Positions 37,600 through 49,240 of a DNA stretch of 64,000 bases are shown one piece after another. Below the pieces are notes generated by a model. It saw only the letters and a list, made by a program, of their open reading frames with translations, was not told where the DNA came from and made no database searches. Position numbers and translations under genes: made by a program. The first letter of the stretch is position 1, and the number at the start of each line of letters is the position of its first letter. This stretch comes from Octopus vulgaris (lineage: Eukaryota). The stretch covers positions 15,128,001-15,192,000 of the forward strand of contig OX597836.1 of NCBI GenBank assembly GCA_951406725.2, in the 5' to 3' direction.

Positions 37600-38075
37600 G
37601 ATCTCCTAAAAAATTTCACTACGGCCGGTGGCGTGGTTTTAATTAGGGTAGATACCGACTTGTCAGGAAGTGACCCAGGTACTGTAGACTTGAAGACATC
37701 CTCCGCGGTACGTGTGAAATATGACATGCAAATTCGGCGACGAATCTGCAACGGCCTAAGTATTGCTTGAGCTGGCCTTTGTAGCCAGTCCGTCTGGCAT
37801 TGGTCTCTTCAACCAGTTCAGCCGATTAGACAAGTCTTCATTCTTTTGTTCTGCCGTTGGGGACTCGGGTTTCCTTTTCCTTTTTCGACATATCACTCCG
37901 CTCCTAGATCCGCCCAGTCCAGTAAGAATAGGCTGTCCTCGTAAAGCCAGGCGGTCTCGCTACTAAATCAGAGGTACAGGTTTCCCCGAGCATGACTGGT
38001 TGCCTTAGAGTGTGCGGTCTATATTTAAGGAGGAGCTATATATTGCACATCACACAGGGAAAGGTACTACCTCCA
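37600..38075 (-). mobile_element. Probable LINE (RTE-type) 5' region; alternatively an unknown ncRNA
   Basis: GC-rich island; aaggcaaccagtc...ggggaaac...ctctgatt resembles RTE-type 5' UTRs (from recall); no recognisable snRNA, RNase P or 7SK motif. Confidence 0.3.
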
Positions 38076-38237
38076 CACAGCCTTTAAGCCTACTTCACTA
38101 CTACAGTCTATACATTATCTTACGATGTTAGATATACTAGAGATGCAAATAACGGGCTCTCTTCCATTTCTCTCTCTCTCTCTCTTTCTTTCTTTTGTTA
38201 TAAATTAGAATTCGTAAAAGTGTTATAAAATATCATG

Positions 38238-38565
38238 GATCTTTTCCTTTTATCCTTAAATTAATTTAACAATTAAGAAAAAAAATACGAAAGGCTAAAA
38301 TTTAGGGTTAGGGTGAGGGTTAGGGTTAGTGACAGGATGTTGTCTCAGTTTTAGACGCAGCAAATGATTTTAGCTCAATTAGAGGCAATTGATTGGTTAA
38401 AATTCGAAAAATTAAACTACGTTAAACAAACGAATTACAATTTTATCAAGAAAGCCAAGAGAAAAAAATGTTTTATTTTGACACATTCTACCAGTATACG
38501 AAGTTTTAAAGTGTTTAGTTAACTAGAAATTGTGTTGAAATCTGGCCTTCAAAAGGAAAAGATCC
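38238..38565. mobile_element. MITE with ggatcttttc / gaaaagatcc ends and internal TTAGGG-like repeats
   Basis: Terminal inverted repeats; related pieces at about 35220-35338 and 44182-44231. Confidence 0.55.
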
Positions 38566-38677
38566 AATATCATTATAAATATTGTATTTTAAGCGCGGTA
38601 CTTATTTACGTGTGACTGGTAGACAATCGGCTTAATTTCTGGTAGATATGAGATCATTTATAATACTCGTATATTAC

Positions 38678-38952
38678 GTGGTGAGATACTGTCGTTCGTG
38701 AGGTCATACCATACGTATGATATGTGGTGAGATACTGCCATTCGTAAGGTCATACCATACGTATGATATGCGGTGAGATACCGTCATTCGTAAGGTCATA
38801 CCATACGATATGAGGCCCCGCTTGCTAGATCAGCTGGTTATCAAGTTAAGCTCAATATCCTTCTAGCCATCGCTCATCGTCTCTTGTGGTGAGATACTGT
38901 CATTCGTAAGGTCATACCATACGTATGATATGCGGTGAGATGCTGTCATTCG
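38678..38952. repeat. 46-bp tandem repeat (about 4.3 units) interrupted by a 79-bp insert
   Basis: gtggtgagatactgtcattcgtaaggtcataccatacgtatgatat units start at 38678, 38724, 38770, 38886 and 38932. Confidence 0.9.
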
Positions 38953-39472
38953 CGGATTCAATACGCGAACCGGTCGGCTTGCCGTGACCTTGAACAACGC
39001 ACATTTTTCCACACAACTCAACTGGATGTCAATGCCAGCTATTTGCTGATGCAGCTGTGTTTTCCTCTATCCGTTACGTCCTGTCTTTTTCCGCTCGGTC
39101 AAGAGTAAAGAGAGCCGAGAGGTTGATTGTGTCTGCTTATGTCAACATAAGCACCTAAACACAATCAACGAAAACTAAGTACATGTTTCTAAGCTATACT
39201 CAATCGTCAGTGACGGCTGGCAGTTTTGTTCTTTACTGTTTGGTATAAACCACGAAAATGTTTAGACAACTTAGTATATAGAAGTCAGAATCCATTAGAT
39301 GTAATCAGAACGTCTGGAGTGAGATAAATACAGTCTGCGTGTGAAGAGCTTATTCTGTTTTTTTTTTTTTTTTCTTGTCTTTTTATAATCGTATTTAGAT
39401 CGTTTGAACTCGCAGGTGTGTGCAGAGAGGGAGAGAGAGAGAGAGAGGAGGTTGTTGCTGTGTGTGTGAGAT

Positions 39473-39508
<36 letters not shown>

Positions 39509-39592
39509 TGTGTGACAGAGAGAGAGTGTGTGCGTGTGTGTGTAAATTTTACTTATTTCTCGCATCTTTTTTTCAGTAAGTATGTGATTGAC

Positions 39593-39642
<50 letters not shown>

Positions 39643-39708
39643 GTTATCAGAGAGAGGGATGGTGTGTCTTGCTCTGTGTGTGTGTGTGTGTGAGAGGCCG
39701 AGAGGGCA

Positions 39709-40117
39709 ATCTTTCGTCTCTAGTAGACCTTTCCGTCGATTTCCGTAAAAAAAAATTTTTTTTTTTTACATATGGGCTTGCGGGAACTTTTGAAGTAATG
39801 AGACCGAAAGAGACTAAGAGAAAGCGATTGTATGACGAGGGAAGTTCTTTTGAAGTTACCGTGCATGGGAGCATTGATGTATATGTGTGTGTTTGATGGG
39901 GTGTGGGAGACAGAAAGTATGTTGTGTAAGTGAAGTGCTTCTGTTAGTGTGTGTGAAGAGACAGAGTAATGTGTGAAAGAGAGAGATAACTGAAATTTTT
40001 TACTCGGTGTATGTGTATATATATATGTATATTACTTCAAAAGTTCCCGCAAGCCCATATGTAAAAAAAAAAAATTTTTACGGAAATCGACGGAAAGGTC
40101 TACTAGAGACGAAAGAT
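39709..40117. mobile_element. Fold-back element (same family as 45740) with about 90-bp inverted arms
   Basis: atctttcgtctctagtagacctttccgtcgatttccg...gaagtaat mirrored at 40031-40117. Confidence 0.75.
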
Positions 40118-40199
40118 CGCCGCAGAGAGTGATAGAGTACTTTTTTTATTTATATAGTTTTTCTCGCATCTTTTTTTTTTAGTGAGTGACACAGTGCAA

Positions 40200-40535
40200 G
40201 TGGGCAAGTGTCTTCTGCTATAGCCTCGGGCCGACCAAAGCCTTGTGAGTGGATTTGGTAGACGGAAACTGAAAGAAGCCCGTCCTATATATGTATATAT
40301 ATGTATGTGTGTGTGTGTGTTTGCGTGTCTGTGTTTGTCCCCCCAACATCGCCTGACAACCGATGCTGATGTGTTTACGTCCCCGTAACTTAGCGGTTCG
40401 GTAAAAGGGGCCCGATAGTATAAGTACTAGGCTTACAATGAATAAAGACCTGGGGTCGAGTTGCTCCACTAAAGGCGGTGCCTCCAGCATGGCCGCAGTC
40501 AAATGACTGAAACAAGTAAAAGAGTAAAAGAGTAA
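40200..40535 (+). mobile_element. SINE family A (5'-truncated)
   Basis: Family match. Confidence 0.8.
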
Positions 40536-40655
40536 AGAGAGCAAGACACACCTCTCTCTCTCAGTCACACACTCAAAAAAGATGGGAGAAAAAGCAAATA
40601 AAAAAGTAAAATTCACACACTCAAAAAAGATGGGAGAAAAAAATAAAGTATGCTG

Positions 40656-40697
<42 letters not shown>

Positions 40698-41074
40698 ACA
40701 CACACATACACAAACAACACACACTTTCTGTCTCGCACACACCCCATCAACACACACACACGTCCCTGTCCATTTCGTGTCTCTTTCACTTTATGCTGAC
40801 TTCAGACAAAATGTACATTTCTACCCGCAAAAATAAATAGAAATTTTTTTACGGATTTTACCGAACGCTGCACCTTAACAGCTGATGGAGCAGCTGTTTA
40901 GTTTGGCATTTCTGCGAGTCATATCGAAAGATCGCCAAAAAATTCTTAACCGTTAGTAGAGTATAAAAAGATAAGGATTGAAACTTTTGTTTGAATGGGA
41001 ATTTTATATTCGTACATACAAACGATGAATGGGACAGTAACCGGGGTAAAATGAGTAATCTCTAACTTCTCCTT

Positions 41075-41475
41075 ATTTTACTCTTTACTCTTTTATTTGT
41101 TTCAGTCATTTGACTGCGGCCATGCTGGAGCACCGCCTTTAATCGAGCAACTCGACCCCGGGACTTATTCTTTTTGTAAGCCCAGTACTTATTCTGTCGG
41201 TCTCTTTGCCGAACCGCTAAGTAACGGGGACATAAACATACCAGCATCGGTTGTCAAGCAATGCTAGGGGGACAAACACACTCACGCATATATATATATA
41301 TATATATACATATATACTCCGGGCTTCTTTCAGTTTCCGTCTACCAAATCCACTCACAAGGCTTTGGTTGGCCCGAGGCTATAGTAGAAGACACTTGCCC
41401 AAGGTGCCACGCAGTGGGACTGAACCCGGATCCATGTGGTTGGTAAACAAGCTACTTACCACACAGCCACTCCTG
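41075..41475 (-). mobile_element. SINE family A
   Basis: Family match. Confidence 0.85.
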
Positions 41476-41869
41476 TGTCTCTACCTGTTTGAAACCATCA
41501 GTTGAAAGTATCGCATCATCGTTTTGTACATCATCTTTAAGAGTGAAAATTGGCCAGCATAGTTGCTATTGAAGTTGAGAGAGTTAGGAGTATAGCCAGA
41601 TGACAAGTACATCTTTTTCTCATAAAATCTTTCCTCAAATTTCACCCGATTGTAATTAAGGTTGTTAATAAAATATCTGGATAATTTTGGGTTTTTAACT
41701 ATCAATATTCTTTTCTCTGTTGGATTTCAAATCATTTTTTTTTGTTCGCCCACTAATAGCTAATTTGATAATTTTCAATTTTCAAAAAAATGATGCCGAA
41801 AAATGAGGTAAAATAAGTAATGACTAATTGTCTTGCAAACAACTTGCACATGCAAGTGGTACCTGTCAA

Positions 41870-42130
41870 AAGCTCCGTATACCAGAAGCCAGCAAGTGTA
41901 TGGGGTCATCAGGAGAGAATGCGCGCCGTTTCGGGGCCTGCCTCACGACGGCATCAATGCGCACCGGCCTCCCCTCATTGATATGAGGCCCCGCTTGCTA
42001 GATCAGCTGGTTATCAAGTTAAGCTCAATATCCTTCTAGCCATCGCTCATCGTCTCTTTTTAACCAAATCCAGTGGCTAGCCTTCTTCTCCACTGTAGAT
42101 TAGATATCGGTCATTTCTTCTCTCAACTAC
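41870..42130 (-). mobile_element. 3' end of a HERO-like (RLE-type) non-LTR retrotransposon
   Basis: 42025-42093 encodes VEKKASHWIWLKRDDERWLEGY*, resembling the C-terminal (A)EKAS.W.WLKR motif I associate with this clade; followed by a GC-rich structured UTR. Confidence 0.6.
41889..42001 (-). ncRNA. Permuted, pseudoknotted hammerhead-like motif in retrotransposon 3' UTR
   Basis: GUC, GAAA and CUGAUGA are all present in rearranged order with complementary stems (see findings). Confidence 0.6.
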
Positions 42131-42952
42131 ATTGTGCGTAAAAGATATCGGGACGAAGAGAGCCACTCTAGCAGATCATTAATTGCATGTCATGTACCAT
42201 TTTCCCCTGATCCTATTTCATTTGAAGTATTTCAAATTTTTGTGGCATGCATTTCTGATGTCTAAGGATTGATATTAAAGTGAATGAGTTTGGTTTACTC
42301 ATTTTGCCCCAGCTAAAATTTTCTTTTATATGTTCAAGGAGAACGGTAATAATTTTCTGAAATAGGGGTCCTGAATATGTTTATAGTGTTTTCAATTCAT
42401 TTAGAGAAGGGCGTTTGCTTAGCTGATGTAGTTTTTGTAAGATAGTGAACATGTGTAAAAAATATTTCTTTCTCATAGTCAAAACTGCAGTAAAAACACC
42501 TCATTGTGCCTCGCTGTGTGTGTAGGTACACATACACGAGTGTGTCTAGCTGTCCGATTTTGTTTCCTTATATCTTTCAGAAAAATGGATATCTTTTAGT
42601 GAAATTTTTCTACAAATATGTATGCATGTGTGTGTGTATGCTTGTGTGTCTGTGTTTGTCTTTCCAACATCGCTTGACAACCGATGCTGGTGTGTTTACG
42701 TCCCCGTAACTTAGCGGTTCGGCAAAAAGAGTCCGATAGAATAAGTACTAAGCTTACAAAGAATAAGTCCCGGGGTCGATTTGCTCGACTAAAAGGCGGT
42801 GCTCCAGCATGGCCGCAGTCAAATAACTGAAACAAGTAAAAGAGTAAATCAAATACCTTTCAGAATGTGTAAATTGTGATTATATCGGAATTCAATGTTT
42901 TAAAAAAATTTTGGGCGCACACACATACATATTGGCAGTGCAGCGGCAGTTG

Positions 42953-42953
42953 C

Positions 42954-43015
<62 letters not shown>

Positions 43016-43123
43016 CAGCAGCAGCAGTAGTAGTAGTAGTAGTAGTAGCAGTAGTAGTAGCACCAGTAGTAGTAGTAGTAGCACAAGTAGTTGTAGCAGT
43101 AGTAGTAGTTGTAGTAGTAGTAG
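42953..43123. repeat. (AGT)n/(AGC)n microsatellite
   Basis: Direct inspection. Confidence 0.95.
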
Positions 43124-43334
43124 TCACTTTTGTTTACAGTCATATCAAAATTTAAAAAGAGCCAAAAAATACGAAAGTATCCTTTAGCATCAATCGTAAG
43201 AAGCCGTCTGTTACTATGGTGATAGTAATCACCAGAATTCTACAAAATCGTGAATTTAAACAATTTCAGTAAATCATTTTAGCCAATGTAAGTCACCATA
43301 ATTTCCATACAACATTTTTATTTATTTATCTACA

Positions 43335-44025
43335 AGGCGCAAGCTTGGTCGTGTGGTTGAGAAACTTCCCAACTACGTTTTTCCGGCTTCAGTCCCACTT
43401 CACGGTACCTTGGGTGTTTTCCATTATAGCCCCAGGCTGACCAAAGTCTTTTCAGCGGATTTGGTAGACAGAAATTGAAAGTAGCTCGTCTCACACACAC
43501 ACACACACAGACAGACACAGAGGCACACACGTTTGTGTGTCTATGCTGTTTTGTCCCTCCCACCGCTTGACAACCGGTGTTGGTGTGTTTACATCTCTGT
43601 AACACACACACACACACACACACAGGCACACACGTTTGTGTGTCTATGTGGTTTTGTCCCTCCCACCGCTTGACAACCGGTGTTGGTGTGTTTACATCTC
43701 TGTAACACACACACACACACACACACAGAGGCACACACGTTTGTGTGTCTATGTTGTTTTGTCCCTCCCATCGCTTGACAACCGGTGTTGGTGTGTTTAC
43801 ATCTCTGTAACACACACACACACACACAGAGGCACACACGTTTGCGTGTCTATGTTGTTTTGTCCCTCCCACCGCTTGACAACCGGTGTTGGTGTGTTTA
43901 CATCTCTGTAACTTAGCGGTTCGGCGTAAAGAGCGACGGATAGAAACTAGAAATAGGGGTCGATCTGTTTAACTGAAGTCTTTCATGGTCGCAGTTCAAT
44001 GATACAGACAAGTAAAAGATGAAAA
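43335..44025 (+). mobile_element. Diverged SINE family A with an internal segment tandemly amplified 4 times
   Basis: About 120-bp unit cacgtttgtgtgtctatg...cttgacaaccggtgttggtgtgtttacatctctgtaa repeated over 43500-43910. Confidence 0.75.
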
Positions 44026-44083
44026 GAAAAAAGGGCGTAACTTCGGTATAGGTACCGGAAGTACCGGATACATTTCAAGAAAG

Positions 44084-44148
<65 letters not shown>

Positions 44149-45400
44149 GGGGTTTGGATTAGGGGTGGGAGAAAAGGGTTGGGATCTTTTCGGTTTTATG
44201 TTACAAACTGCCGTTCAAACCGAAAAGATCCTCCAAGGGTTTATGTTATCTTCAGAAATGTAAACAAACCCCACTTTCCTGTACTTACGGTACCTATACC
44301 GAATGATCACCGACAAAAAGATATCGGATCTAAGTAGCCTCAGAATATACGAAAGTCGATACTAGCAATAAGTGAGTAGCTTTGTTCTCACCACAGTAAC
44401 TATGCCCCCCACCCCACGCCGCTTATGAAGCTTGGGTTCCTGTTACGAATTCCTCTCTCTCATTCCTGAAACCCCTACTGCTTTCCCTTAAAAGACGAAA
44501 TTCTGTTGATGCGGTGATACACATTTAAACTCTGACGCTTCTTTCCGTCCCAGGTAAAATGTTTTATTGTTATTAAAAAAAAAAAAAAGAGACCTTACTG
44601 TGGATACACTAAAAGTTTTAGTTGCTTAAACCCTCGGCTCGGTCCCGGCCCGCGCAGCCCCCTACGATCAAAGGTATTCCCAGCTATGACCATCTCGTCG
44701 TGCACCAGTGACAACTACGTTTGTCTTCTTTCAGTGCCTTCTCTATTTTAAGGCAGTAGGTGTGTGTGATTTGAGGGAGATTTGGGTGCTATTTCTAACA
44801 TTTCCTGCAACCACGTAGAGCCGTCATGGGCAAACTGCGACCCGCGGGACTTTCTGAATGACACCTAACGAAATATTACCTCAATTTTTTTTTGTCTTTT
44901 AGTAATGCGTCTCACCTGATAATGAGTCATATCTCGAAAAAGGTTGCCCAGGCTTAATGCAGAAGCTTTCTCGTTAAGAAGGCGAACACATTGCACAGAC
45001 ACAATTCACTCTAATTTCCCACAGCGCTTTTTATATCTCCATTAATATCTTTTGTCTCCGTCTTTACGTTCTGAGTTCAAATTCCGCCGAGGTCGACTTC
45101 ACCTTTCATCCTTTCGGGGTCGATAAATTAAGTACCAGTTGCTTACTGGGGTCGATTTAATCCCCCCAAAAAAATTTCGGGCCTTGTGCCTAGAGTAGAA
45201 AAGAATAATCTTTTGTCTCTTTAACGGCTAATCTTCCTCACGATTGGGTGATTTCATTACGTCTCCTCTACTTAACGTGCGGTCTTATACATATATATAT
45301 ATATATATATATAGTGTGTGTAATATTTGCATGTACTCGTTTACGTGTTTCAGTCACTTGACTGCGGCCATGCTGGAGCACTACCTTTAAAAGGTGTGAG

Positions 45401-45500
45401 ACGCTTCCAGCACCTGGGTTTCCCAAGCGGTCACCCATCTAAGTACTCACTAGGTTCAACGTTGTTTAACTTCGGTGATCGGACGAGAACCGGTGCTTTT
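45401..45500 (-). pseudogene. 5'-truncated 5S rRNA copy (about nt 20-120)
   Basis: Minus strand reads aaagcaccggttctcgtccgatcaccgaagttaaacaacg...agtacttagatgggtgaccgcttgggaaacccaggtgctg, which matches metazoan 5S with substitutions; first about 20 nt missing. Confidence 0.9.
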
Positions 45501-45515
45501 AAAGGTAGTGCTCCA

Positions 45516-45566
<51 letters not shown>

Positions 45567-45739
45567 TATAAATAAATAAGGGTATCTGAGAGATACCACC
45601 ATGCCGAAATAGAGGTATGGTGGTATCTCTCATATACTCTTATTTATAGTTTTAAATAATTATTACCTTTGTATGGTATTTATTCCCATGCTGGCCACTT
45701 GATAAGATCGATATTGGCATAGTTTCGGTTGTAGTAGCA

Positions 45740-46469
45740 CAGATTTCCGTCGATTTCCGTAAAAAACTTTTATTTTTTTACATAAGTAATGAGAGCGAAA
45801 GAGACTAAGAGGAAGCGATTTTACGACGAGAAGGTTTCACTTTGAAGTCGGCCTGTGTGTGTTTGATGGGGTGTGGGAGACAGACAGTATGTTGTGTAAG
45901 TGAAGTGCTTCTGTTAGTGTGTGTGAAGAGACAGACATACATATACACATACACCGAGTAAAAAATTACTATGAATCGGCCATACATACATACATACACA
46001 CACACACATACATACACACACACACATACTTACACACACACACACACATAGATACATACACACACACACACACATACATGCAGACATACATATACACATA
46101 CACCGAGTAAAAAATTACGATGAATCGGCCATACATACATACATACACACACACATACTTACACACACACACATACATAGATACATACACACACACACAC
46201 ATACATGCATACATACATATACACATACACCGAGTAAAAAATCAGTTATCTCTCTCTTTCACACATTACTCTCTCTGTCTCTTCGCACACACTAACAGAA
46301 GCACTTCACTTACACAACATACTGTCTGTCTCCCACACCCCATCAAACACACACAGGCCGACTTCAAAGTGAAACCTTCTCGTCGTAAAATCGCTTCCTC
46401 TTAGTCTCTTTCGCTCTCATTACTTATGTAAAAAAATAAAAGTTTTTTACGGAAATCGACGGAAATCTG
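45740..46469. mobile_element. Fold-back element with about 195-bp near-perfect inverted arms
   Basis: 45740-45935 is the reverse complement of 46274-46469; the interior has tandem catacatatacacatacaccgagtaaaaa units; related to 39709-40117. Confidence 0.85.
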
Positions 46470-47039
46470 ATCTACGACATGCGAAACTTCGCCTCGATAT
46501 TATCCTTATTTATAAATTTATATATATATATATACTGTGTGTGTGTGTGTGTTATTTGTATGTATATGTCTATGTAAATTCGTTTTTAACTGTTGGACTC
46601 GGAGTATATGTAAACCTATCAACACATGCATGCATTTATTTATTTACTTATAGAAGCTGATCTGAAACAAAATCTTTCAAAACGAAAACCTGACGGTCCT
46701 TTTCGTGTAGCAATATTTAAATATTTGAGGAAACAAAAGATTATTCTTTTCTACTCTAAGCACAAAGCCCCGAAATTTTGCGGGGGGGATTAGATTAATC
46801 CCCAGTACGCAACTGGTACTTGATTTATCGACCCCGAAAGGATGAAAGGCAAAGTCGACCACGGCGGAATTTGAACTCAGAACTTAAGGACGGATACAAA
46901 AGATATTAATGGAGATATAAAAAGCGCTGTGGGGCAAATTAGAATTGTATCTGTGCAATGTGTTCACCTTCTTAAACGAGGAAGATTCTGCATTAGGCAC
47001 GGGCAACCTTTTTCAAGATATTTAATATTTATGTTATAA

Positions 47040-47381
47040 CTAGCAGTATCGCCCGGCGTTGCTCGGGTTTGTAAGGGAAATAACTATATAAGCATTTTTA
47101 GAGAGTTATAGCCAAAAAATAGCAAAAGAATCGTTGACTTATCGTAGACATTTTTAGAGAGTTACTTCCCTTATTTAATAGCGAAAAAATGCATTAAAAT
47201 GAAAAAAATGATGGTAAATTTTTTTTTAAATCGTAGACGCACGCTAATACCCAGAAGGGCTCGATATGAATCACGACTATAAGATACCCGGTTTTGGTTA
47301 AACTGCACCGCAAAATGTGGGAGTAGTTAGGAATCTAAATCGTAGGAGACAGACACACAACTTCACTTTTATATATAAAGA
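47040..47381 (-). mobile_element. Non-autonomous Helitron (same family as 23421)
   Basis: Same TC...hairpin...CTAG termini and near-identical body. Confidence 0.85.
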
Positions 47382-48169
47382 TATAATATTTATGATATGG
47401 ATTATTGGTGAGCGTTTGGATTAGGGTTGAGTTTGTTTTCTTAAAAGCAAAAAAGACGGAATTGTTTCCGCTGGAAAAACTATCACTGCAACAAAATCGA
47501 ATTAATCAGAGTTGCAACTTTTTTCTCTTTTTTGAATTTGGACCCACATCATATATTGAATTAAATGAAAAATATTGGCGATTTTATGAACCAGTATTCT
47601 AAGCGACACAGTTAAACATCGGGTTTCAAATCTTAACATGCTAAGACTGCTGTAAAGACAATATTCTCAACCGAACCGGCCGATAGTAAACCTGCAACTA
47701 AAACTATCTTTCAGTTGATTAGGGACTCTTATAAATACGTCTCCTCCGACTCAGATTTTGGTAACTTTGAGAGTTAGAACTGAACAATAGAGAAGTGTAT
47801 GTATACTCAAGTATTGTATATTCCTGTACAGCATCCTTAGAAGGGTACGTACCCTCTTTACTTTGTATCATTTGTTGACTTCGAACTGTTAAAACCGAAC
47901 ATTAAGGCTATGCAAGGACCTGTCGATGCCACAGGCACAGCCCTTTCTCACAGACCTAACCAGTACAAACTGTCTTTTAAATGTTGCCATTGTAGTTCCA
48001 CTATACATTACCATTCTCACCCAGCTCTTATTATTATCAGAACATATTTAATTTATTGAGCTTTTAGATATGTATGAACACTACTTTCGTGGCAACGTTT
48101 TAAATACCATCATCGTTAAAAAAAATATATGGCATTCTTTCGATATAACTCGTCAAAATCAAAACACTT

Positions 48170-48264
48170 CACTTCACTTCGGGTATTTCCGTGGAAGCAA
48201 ATGACAGTTCGATTCTGTTTTCTGCTTGGAAATTTGCTGATTTCTACATACACACCTGAAACAG
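48170..48264 (+). other. Candidate non-coding first exon of the FBXW9-like gene
   Basis: Unique sequence ending in a strong donor acag|gtaaga; the acceptor just before the ATG (55930) requires an upstream exon. Confidence 0.4.
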
Positions 48265-48829
48265 GTAAGAACAAATATGCAAGGCTTTCTTTTTTTTCTT
48301 AAAGTTTAAAATGGGACATTGCTGGTATAGTTTCGTTATATCTATCTATACTCCACAACCCAGTGAAATGTCCCGACTTTGTCGAGCTATATCGAAGGAA
48401 TGCCAAAAATATTAGCAATAATTTCTAAAACACGGAATTGTTAAAATTCTTCACTACCTTTAAATTTTCAAGTTATAACTTCCAAGCTGGTAGAATCGTT
48501 AGTGCGTCGAACAAAATATTTAACGGCATTTCTTCTGGCTTTTTATATACTGAGTTCAAATAATTGAGGCGAAGTAATTGACTGATTTCCCTTCCACTAA
48601 AATTGCTGGTCTTCTGTTAAATTTTTTTTTAATTGCTTTTATTATTATTATGTTGATGACGTCCATAATGTTTACATTTCTTGCCGAGTGTCTACTCGAA
48701 CCTAGGGCAATGACATTCACTGTATACTTTGATAGACCATTAAAGTAAACACACCAGATTGTTCATTTACAAAATCAAGTTATGTGGAAAAAAAAAATCG
48801 GAAAAGAAAACAAAATTTTTTGTAAACAT

Positions 48830-49240
48830 AGGCGCAGGAGTGGCTGTGTGGTAAGTAGCTTGCTAACCAACCACATGGTTCCGGGTTCAGTCCCACTGCG
48901 TGACATCTTGGTCAAGTGTCTTCTGCTATAGCCCCGGGCCGACCAATGCCTTGTGAGTGGATTTGGTAGACGGAAACTGAAAGAAGCCTGTCGTATATAT
49001 GTATATATATATATAAGTGTGTGTGTATATGTTTGTGTGTCTGTGTTTGTCCCCCTAGCATTGCTTGACAACCGATGCTGGTGTGTGTTACGTCCCCGTA
49101 ACTTAGCGGTTCGGCAAAAGAGACCGATAGAATAAGTACTGGGCTTACAAAAAGAATAAGTCCCGGGGTCGATTTGCTCGACTAAAGGCGGTGCTCCAGC
49201 ATGGCCGCAGTCAAAGGACTGAAACAAGTAAAAGAGAAAA
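48830..49240 (+). mobile_element. SINE family A
   Basis: Full length. Confidence 0.85.

Noticed and set aside
38302-38329. TTAGGG-like repeats as telomere or telomerase RNA template
   Set aside because: Only about four imperfect units, internal to a MITE with terminal inverted repeats.
38678-38952. CRISPR-like array
   Set aside because: Eukaryotic DNA, repeats abut directly with only one insert, and there are no cas genes.
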